Positions 57,740 through 64,000 of a stretch of DNA of 64,000 nucleotides are shown here, piece by piece. Both the position numbers and the translations under genes were made by a program. Origin of the DNA: Myxococcota bacterium (lineage in GTDB: Bacteria > Myxococcota_A > SURF-8); assembly GCA_963674735.2 (NCBI GenBank), contig CAXXQS010000002.1, positions 1,568,001 through 1,632,000 of the forward strand, in the 5' to 3' direction. The notes under the pieces were generated by a model. It was given only the letters and a program-made list of their open reading frames with translations. It ran no database searches and was not told the DNA's origin. Position 1 is the stretch's first letter; every line of letters starts with the position of its first letter.

Positions 57740-59410
57740 ATGGCGGCACTTTCACTCGGATTCATTGACTGGCTGGTCATCGTTCTTTATTTCATTGCGA
57801 TCATTGGCATCGGATTATATCTCAAGCGTTTCGCCGACAAAAAAGAGGATTTTTTCGAGGCGGGGCGGCGCAACAATTCCTGGGTGGCGGGTTTGGCCTT
57901 TGTCTCGGCCAATCTGGGCGCGCTGGAGATTCTGGGTTGGACCGGCGGTACGGTGAAGTACGGCATGTTCGTCTCGCATTTCTACTGGATCGGCGCGGTT
58001 CCGGCCATGCTGTTCTTGGGCCTCTACATGATGCCGTTCTATTACAGCAGTAAAATCCACTCGATTCCCGGCTATCTGCTGTTGCGTTTCGACGAAAAGA
58101 CGCGGGTGCTCAACGCCATCGCCTTCGCCATCATGACCGTTCTGATGAGCGGCATCAACCTGTATCTGATGGCGCTGGTTTTCCACGTCATTTTGGGATG
58201 GAGCCTCGATCTGTCGATCTGGGTGAGCGCGGCGGCGGTGGCCTGCTACATCACCATGGGCGGCTTGCTATCGGCGATCTTTACCGAAATCGTTCAGTTC
58301 TTCCTGATCTGGTTCGGCCTGTTCCTGGTGGCCATTCTCGGCATTATCGACGTGGGCGGTTTGGGCGGTTTGTTCGAGGGGCTGCCCGACAGCATGACGC
58401 GCCTGTGGGCGACGGCGGGTCACGCCGATCTGAACGCCATGGGAGCCACCTGGTTCCCCATCGTCATCGGCTTGGGCTGGGTGCTTTCGTTCGGTTACTG
58501 GACCACCGACTTCCTGCTGGTGCAGCGGGCCTTCTCGGCCAAAGACTTGCAGACCGCGCGCCAAACACCGATTACGGCGGCCTTTTTCAAGATGATCCTA
58601 CCGGCAATTGTGGTCGGAGCGGGTTTGGTGGCCTACAAACTCATCCAAAGCGGCGACCTGGTGCTGCTCAACCACCCCGTTACCGGCGAGCCCTGGGGCG
58701 ATACGGCCTTGCCGCTCTTGATCGCGCGCTATTACCCGGTCGGGTTGGTCGGCCTGGGGATTACCGCCCTGTTGGCCGGGTTCATGGCCGGGCAGGCGGG
58801 CAACGTGTCGGCCTTCAACACGGTGTGGACCTACGATATCTATCGCGCCCTGTTCAAGAAGGACGCCAGCGACGAACACCTGGTGCGAGTGGGTCGCATC
58901 ACCACCATCGTGGGCGTTTTCGTGAGTATTCTCACGGCCTATGCGGCCATGCACTTCAACACGATCATGGACTATATCCAGGCGATTTTCTCCTGGGTCA
59001 ATGCGCCGTTGTTTGCCACCATGCTTCTGGGCATGTTCTGGAAACGCACGACTTCGGCGGCGGCATTCTGGGGCTTGATTGCCGGTATGGCGACGTCCTT
59101 CGGCATTTTCATCGGCTTCAAAACCGGTCTTTTGGGTGAAGCGGCCGCCGCGATTATCACCTTTGCCGATAACCCCAGCGACATGACGCGCAACCTGTGG
59201 CAGGCCATCTGGGCCTGGATCGTCTGCTTCGGCCTGACGGTCGCCATCAGCTTGGTCACCAAACCCAAGCCTGAAGCCGAATTGGTGGGTCTGGTGAAAG
59301 GGTTGACCGAGAAAACCATCCTGATCGATGTGCCCTGGTTCAGGCGTCCGGCCTTCTGGGCGGCGGTGGCGATGGTGTGCGTGATCTCCCTCAACGTCTA
59401 TTTCTGGTAA
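57740..59410 (+). CDS. Sodium:solute symporter (SSS), probable sugar transporter
   Basis: About 13-14 TMs; FFEAGR, SANLGALE, YWTTDFLLVQR, AFNTVWTYDIY. Confidence 0.92.
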   Translation: MAALSLGFIDWLVIVLYFIAIIGIGLYLKRFADKKEDFFEAGRRNNSWVAGLAFVSANLGALEILGWTGGTVKYGMFVSHFYWIGAVPAMLFLGLYMMPFYYSSKIHSIPGYLLLRFDEKTRVLNAIAFAIMTVLMSGINLYLMALVFHVILGWSLDLSIWVSAAAVACYITMGGLLSAIFTEIVQFFLIWFGLFLVAILGIIDVGGLGGLFEGLPDSMTRLWATAGHADLNAMGATWFPIVIGLGWVLSFGYWTTDFLLVQRAFSAKDLQTARQTPITAAFFKMILPAIVVGAGLVAYKLIQSGDLVLLNHPVTGEPWGDTALPLLIARYYPVGLVGLGITALLAGFMAGQAGNVSAFNTVWTYDIYRALFKKDASDEHLVRVGRITTIVGVFVSILTAYAAMHFNTIMDYIQAIFSWVNAPLFATMLLGMFWKRTTSAAAFWGLIAGMATSFGIFIGFKTGLLGEAAAAIITFADNPSDMTRNLWQAIWAWIVCFGLTVAISLVTKPKPEAELVGLVKGLTEKTILIDVPWFRRPAFWAAVAMVCVISLNVYFW

Positions 59411-59422
59411 GCGGAGAGCGTC

Positions 59423-59647
59423 ATGACGGATACGAATAAAGGTATGATTTCCATCTGGTTCTGGGTCGGCCTGGTGTTGACGGTTTACGGCTTTATCATC
59501 ATCGGAACAGGCATTTATTATGTCTTCGAACCCGCCGGGCTTGCGGGCAAGGTGGGTGGCAACCCCAATCTGTGGTGGGGAGCCGTGATGCTGGTCAGCG
59601 GCTTTGTTTTCCTGGCTTTGGGTCGGTTCGGAAAGCTGGTCGAATAA
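59423..59647 (+). CDS. Small two-TM membrane protein, probable SSS accessory subunit
   Basis: Two hydrophobic segments, NLWWG motif; 12 nt after the SSS stop, GGAG RBS. Confidence 0.75.
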   Translation: MTDTNKGMISIWFWVGLVLTVYGFIIIGTGIYYVFEPAGLAGKVGGNPNLWWGAVMLVSGFVFLALGRFGKLVE

Positions 59648-59703
59648 AAAACGACGATCGAATAATCCCGGGATGATTCGGTTTATCCCGGATGAAGGCT
59701 TGT

Positions 59704-59732
59704 AAAGCCGGGTGATCCGCCCGGCTTTTTTT
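59704..59732. terminator. Rho-independent terminator between convergent genes
   Basis: aaagccggg-tgatccg-cccggcttt followed by a T run. Confidence 0.82.
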
Positions 59733-59738
59733 GTGCGC

Positions 59739-60617
59739 TCAACCTGCCTCGGATGCCAGAAGAACCAATCCGCCCAGGATCCAAAAGGCTCCGATGGCGC
59801 GCCAGCCGAGATGGCGCTCCTTGAAGATCCACGCTCCCAGAAGCAGACTGGCGATGAGCAGTCCGCCACGTTTGAGGGTGATGACGTAGGCCACGTGCGG
59901 GGCGACGTCCACCGCCAGCATTTGTGAAATATTGAGAAGAGCCTGGACAAAGCCGATGGCGATCAGGGGCAGCCAGAGTCGTCGCAGCATGGCTTTGAGC
60001 GGCAGACGGGCGTGCAGGACCACCGGAGTGTAGCAAACGGCGAAGAGCAGGTTGATGATCGGCGGGTACCAGTACGGTCCGAGTTGCTGGAGGCACAGTT
60101 TGTCGAAGTTGGCGGTAATACTCCAGATCAGGGCCACGACGAGCATGAGGCGTGATCCCGGTTCGGTGAACAGGGCTTTGAAGGTGGCGGTGATTCCACG
60201 GCCTTTCTGTTGCTGTAGAATGAAGCAACCGGCCACCACGATCAGGATGGCCGCCGCACCGTTGAAGCTGAGGGTTTGATCCACCATCAGGTAAGAGGTG
60301 AGGATCATGAAAATCGGTGTCAACGACAAAAGCGGGATGTCGCGCGAGAGCTCGCCGACCGAAACCGCCTTGAAATACAGCGTGTTGGCAATGAGCAGCA
60401 ATCCGACCGCACCGAGGAGGTACAGAAGCACCACCGGTTGCGGGCTGGGTGGAGTTTCGCTGCGCCAGAGGACGTGGCCGATCAGGAAGGGCAGGCTGGT
60501 GATGGAGGCGGCCCAGGTGGCCAGGATGTAGCCCTTGGTTTCGACGATCCGTTTGCCGATGGCCCCGTGAGCGGCGGCGAAAACGCCGCACAAAAAGGCC
60601 AGGATAATCCACAGCAT
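59739..60617 (-). CDS. EamA/DMT-family transporter
   Basis: About 10 TMs in two repeats; LSRDIPLLSLTPIF, VAYVITLKR, GAWIFKE. Confidence 0.88.
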   Translation of the reverse strand: MLWIILAFLCGVFAAAHGAIGKRIVETKGYILATWAASITSLPFLIGHVLWRSETPPSPQPVVLLYLLGAVGLLLIANTLYFKAVSVGELSRDIPLLSLTPIFMILTSYLMVDQTLSFNGAAAILIVVAGCFILQQQKGRGITATFKALFTEPGSRLMLVVALIWSITANFDKLCLQQLGPYWYPPIINLLFAVCYTPVVLHARLPLKAMLRRLWLPLIAIGFVQALLNISQMLAVDVAPHVAYVITLKRGGLLIASLLLGAWIFKERHLGWRAIGAFWILGGLVLLASEAG

Positions 60618-60806
60618 CGGGCGACTCCTTTCGGGCTGTCTATAGCAGGAAAACGCGCGTAAAGGAAGCTTTGCCGTGATGAAAGGGTCTTTTGGGAATG
60701 CCAGCGGTATCGCGAAGGTCTATCAGGAACGATATCGAGTGCTTGCCCGTCGGGCTTCTCTCTGCTAAGCTGGCGACCACTCGAACGCAACCAGGACGGG
60801 AACGGC

Positions 60807-61418
60807 ATGAGGCGGTTGATCGGTTTACTCATTTTCGCGTGTGCGCTGACGGCGTTCTCTTCGGCATGGGCCGGAGAGGCCGAGCCCTACACGGTGACTG
60901 ACGGCGATGTGATCGAACGTGATCGTGCCGCGCTTTTCCTATATGGCGGATATCCCCGTTCGGGCTTTGCGTATATCGCTGCCCCTTGGGACTACATCGC
61001 GGTCGGTTTTCAATTCGACGCGGAATATCATCCCGCCTTTGCGATGGGCGCACCCTGGAAATTCCAACTATTGGAATCGGCTGGGGAAACGCTCAATTTT
61101 GCCTTGACCATCCACCCGGCGTTGTATTTCAATTTCGAACGATCGAATGCCGAGGTGTTGGCCTGGATGCATCCGGGTTTTGCCGCCGGCTGGCATTTCT
61201 ATCGCAGCATGGCCCTCACCCTTAATGGCCGGTATGCCGTGATTTTACCGATCAGCAACGATGCGACTTTCTCTCACCACCCCATTGTCGAACTGGGCTT
61301 CGAATTTCCGTTGGGCCGCAATTTCAATCTGGCGCTTAAAGGGTTGACCGAATTCGAAAATTACGAGCCCGATGATTTCGTGTATGGCGGTCTGGCGGCT
61401 ATCGGGCTTCTGTTGTGA
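60807..61418 (+). CDS. Exported beta-strand-rich hypothetical protein (possible small OM barrel)
   Basis: Signal peptide (AWA-G); alternating aromatic/Gly strands; GTGA overlap with the next gene. Confidence 0.6.
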   Translation: MRRLIGLLIFACALTAFSSAWAGEAEPYTVTDGDVIERDRAALFLYGGYPRSGFAYIAAPWDYIAVGFQFDAEYHPAFAMGAPWKFQLLESAGETLNFALTIHPALYFNFERSNAEVLAWMHPGFAAGWHFYRSMALTLNGRYAVILPISNDATFSHHPIVELGFEFPLGRNFNLALKGLTEFENYEPDDFVYGGLAAIGLLL

Positions 61419-62377
61419 GGTCCGTCCGTCGTGTCGCTTCGATCTGGGTTGTGATGCTTGTGGGACTGCTGCTGGTGGTCCCGGCTCTGGCCTCCCCCAA
61501 AACCGCAAAGCCGAAAAAAGAAGTAAAATCAGAGCGCTTTATGGACTTGTCGGCGGACGAAGTCGACGAAATCCTGGAGGCGGCCAGTCATTTGCCGCCT
61601 CATGATCGTCTGGAACGGCTTTCGCGCCATTTTCTCGGAACGCCGTATGTCGTCGGTCCTCTGGGAGAAGGCCCCGGGCATGCGAAAGATCCCGATCCGC
61701 TGTTTCGACTCGACCAGGTCGACTGCCTGACGCTTTTGGAAAGTCTGTGGGGAATGATGCAGGCCACCACGCTTGACGAAACGATGAAACGAGCACAGGC
61801 CGTCCGCTATCGCAACGGCATTGTTTCGTACATAATGCGCAATCATTTCATCTGGTTGCAGTGGTTGCCGCGCAATGAGGCGGCCGGTTATATGGTCGAC
61901 GTTACCCGGCAGATTGGTGGAGAAGCCACCCTGCGCCAGACAAAAATCCTGAAATCGGCGGCCCAATGCGGCGGACAATGGAAAACGTTTTGCGCGGAGT
62001 TGGCCGAAGAGTTGCCCCGTGAAGCGGTTCAGCGTGACATAATTCCGCTGGATTGGACGTTAACTCACTGGCGAGACATTCCACATGGGGTCTTCGCTTT
62101 TTTCGTCTTAAACGAGCGCTCCTGGCTTCCTTATCGTATCAAGCATGCCGGTTTGATCCTGCACGACGCGAAAGGTCGCCCTTTTCTGCGGCATGCCAGC
62201 ACGGTTCACCGGCGGGTGCTGGACGTTCCTTTGTTGCGCTATCTGAAGATGTTGAAGACCAAGAGTGTCAAGTGGCCCGCTACCGGTTTGATTCTGCTGC
62301 GGCCGGTCGCGGATGTTCCGCTGGTTGAAACCGTTCCGTCAGTCGAGCAGGTCGAAGAGCTTCCAGCGTCCCCGTAA
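61415..62377 (+). CDS. DUF1460 (NlpC/P60-superfamily) N-acetylmuramoyl-L-alanine amidase-like protein
   Basis: Signal peptide; FLGTPY, DQVDCLTLLE (catalytic Cys), RYRNG...RNHF, HAG, RHAS. Confidence 0.85.
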   Translation: MRSVRRVASIWVVMLVGLLLVVPALASPKTAKPKKEVKSERFMDLSADEVDEILEAASHLPPHDRLERLSRHFLGTPYVVGPLGEGPGHAKDPDPLFRLDQVDCLTLLESLWGMMQATTLDETMKRAQAVRYRNGIVSYIMRNHFIWLQWLPRNEAAGYMVDVTRQIGGEATLRQTKILKSAAQCGGQWKTFCAELAEELPREAVQRDIIPLDWTLTHWRDIPHGVFAFFVLNERSWLPYRIKHAGLILHDAKGRPFLRHASTVHRRVLDVPLLRYLKMLKTKSVKWPATGLILLRPVADVPLVETVPSVEQVEELPASP

Positions 62378-62926
62378 GCGAATCAACTCCTTGATGCCGA
62401 AAGATTTTTCAACGCCGTTGCGTTTGTAGACGAGTGTCGATTCGCTGAGGCGTTCGAGATCGCGGATGGCGCGCTGCTCGCCTTGGGCGATGGGTTTGTA
62501 AAGTCCCGGATCGAAGCGGACGAATTCGGCCCCGTCCCAGTCACGCCGCCGTCTCGCTTCGGTGAAATCGCCCGCTAGATTGTTTTCACGGGTTGTGACG
62601 ATTTCCTCCACTCCCGCCTCCGGGTTGGTATCGTCTTCATTGACGAGGTCGAAGCCCCAGGTCAGATCGCCGGATAGCGGCCAGGCCCCCATGTAGTAAC
62701 GCTCCTGATCGGCGACCAGGGCATCGAAGATACGTCGAACCACAACCTCCGCCCGCTCGACGGTTTCGGCTTCTTCCGGGAAACGGCAGATCCGGTCGAC
62801 GCAGACGCGTTCACCCTGGCAATCGGTATCGCGACGGCAGCCGCCCGCATCGGGGGCGTTTTCCACCTGACAACTCGTGCAGGCAATCAGCAGGGCCAGA
62901 ACGATGAGAATCAATCCGTTACGCAT
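62339..62926 (-). CDS. Hypothetical lipoprotein with a small Cys-knot-like motif
   Basis: Signal peptide with LIAC/TSC; CRRDTDCQGERVCVDRIC; 8-nt overlap with the upstream ligase; 39-nt tail-to-tail overlap with the DUF1460 gene. Confidence 0.7.
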   Translation of the reverse strand: MRNGLILIVLALLIACTSCQVENAPDAGGCRRDTDCQGERVCVDRICRFPEEAETVERAEVVVRRIFDALVADQERYYMGAWPLSGDLTWGFDLVNEDDTNPEAGVEEIVTTRENNLAGDFTEARRRRDWDGAEFVRFDPGLYKPIAQGEQRAIRDLERLSESTLVYKRNGVEKSFGIKELIRLRGRWKLFDLLD

Positions 62927-64000
62927 CGGACGCCTTTTCGTCGGCTTGCTTGCTCATCTCTTCGTCTTTCAACATGCGGCGCAAGACTTTGCCGATCATG
63001 GATTTAGGGAGTTCTTCCCGGATTTCAACGGTTTTCGGAACCATGTAAGGCGATAGCTTTTCTTTGCAAAAGGCGATAATCTCGGCTTCCGTCGGGGTTT
63101 CGCCCTCTTTCGCAACGATGTAGGCTTTAATATACTCGCCTTTGGTCGGATGGGGCAAGCCCACCGCCACGGCGTCGGCCACTTTCGGATGTTCGTGCAG
63201 CACCTCATCGATTTCACGCGGAAAAACGTTGAAGCCCGAGACGATGATCAGATCTTTCTTGCGATCGACCACCGAGAGGTAGCCCTCGGCATCGCGGGTA
63301 CAGATGTCGCCGGTGTAAAGCCAACCATCGCGGATGGTCGCGGCGCTTTCTTCGGGACGATTGTGGTAGCCCATCATCAGACAGGGGCCTTTCAGAAGCA
63401 GTTCGCCCGCTTCGCCGACGGCCACCTCCTGTGTCCCGGTTTCCAGATCGACGATTTTTGCGTCGATATCGGGGAAGGGAATGCCCACCGTGCCGGGTTT
63501 GCGCACGCCATGCAGGGGATTGCAGCAGATGGCGGTGACGATCTCCGTCAACCCGTAACCTTCGATGATGGGTGCTTTGGCTTTTTCCTCGAACTCGCGC
63601 ATGACTTCCAAGGGGATGGGAGCCGCGCCGCAGAACATGCCGCGCAGCGAGGTGATATCGTAGTGGTCGAAATCGGGGAAATCCTTCAATGCGATAAACA
63701 TGGTGGGGACGCCCGCGAAGAACGTGGCTTTCGATTTCTGCACCGTTTTCAACAGGAGCCTGGCGTTGAAGTTGGGCAGCATGATGACGCGTCCGCCCAG
63801 GCTCAGCGGCGTGTTGAGGCCGACCGACAGCCCGAAACCGTGGAAGGCCGGAAGCACCAGTAAAAAGGCGTCATCGTGCTGTATGTCGCCCCAACTGCGA
63901 ATCATCATGGCGTTGACGACCAGCGCTCGGTGTGAAAGCATAATGCCTTTGGAAACGCCCGTGGTTCCGCCGGAATAGATCAACACCGCCAGATCGTCGG
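62919..64000 (-). CDS. Long-chain fatty acid-CoA ligase, FadD-like (5' end lies outside the window)
   Basis: YSGGTTGVSKG, EGYGLTE, GWLYTGD, DRKKDLII.SGFNVFPREI, LPKSMIGKVLRR. Confidence 0.92.
   Translation of the reverse strand, partial: DDLAVLIYSGGTTGVSKGIMLSHRALVVNAMMIRSWGDIQHDDAFLLVLPAFHGFGLSVGLNTPLSLGGRVIMLPNFNARLLLKTVQKSKATFFAGVPTMFIALKDFPDFDHYDITSLRGMFCGAAPIPLEVMREFEEKAKAPIIEGYGLTEIVTAICCNPLHGVRKPGTVGIPFPDIDAKIVDLETGTQEVAVGEAGELLLKGPCLMMGYHNRPEESAATIRDGWLYTGDICTRDAEGYLSVVDRKKDLIIVSGFNVFPREIDEVLHEHPKVADAVAVGLPHPTKGEYIKAYIVAKEGETPTEAEIIAFCKEKLSPYMVPKTVEIREELPKSMIGKVLRRMLKDEEMSKQADEKASDA

Noticed and set aside
62339-62377. 39-nt tail-to-tail overlap of the DUF1460 and lipoprotein genes as antisense regulation
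   Set aside because: Short convergent overlaps are common, and nothing else supports a regulatory role.

Overview
GC-rich bacterial chromosomal window; gene content points to a deltaproteobacterial/Myxococcota-like lineage (inference). No rRNA, tRNA, CRISPR array, transposase or phage gene was recognised. The centrepiece (about 13.2-35.7 kb, all + strand) is a contiguous Agl-Glt-type trans-envelope motor locus: GltC/D/E-like TPR proteins, GltF, a TolQ/ExbB-type AglR, two ExbD/TolR-type subunits, and a TonB-like GltG. It runs on into a Wzp-like beta-barrel / short Wza / Wzc polysaccharide export module, a coiled-coil protein, DUF4159 and a vWA/GATase1-like membrane protein. One ExbD-like subunit naturally has Asn at the proton-binding Asp position. 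Divergent from this locus is a peptidoglycan-recycling operon (LdcA, a serine-hydrolase-Mpl fusion, an LtaS-like sulfatase). Two loci point to glyco/sphingolipid handling: a Spinster-like MFS + KDSR-like reductase + Tat amidohydrolase operon, and a GH5_12 (EGCrP-like) lipoprotein + porin + Na+/sugar symporter operon. Also present: a GH32 lipoprotein, purC, a partial complex I operon (nuoABCDHI, ended by a terminator), a Cys-rich lipoprotein, an ABC-2 exporter, an ADP-forming acyl-CoA synthetase, two metallophosphoesterases, a TrmH-family methyltransferase, an EamA transporter, a DUF1460 amidase, and truncated radical SAM and acyl-CoA ligase genes at the edges. All family calls come from motif recognition by eye; no database searches were run.
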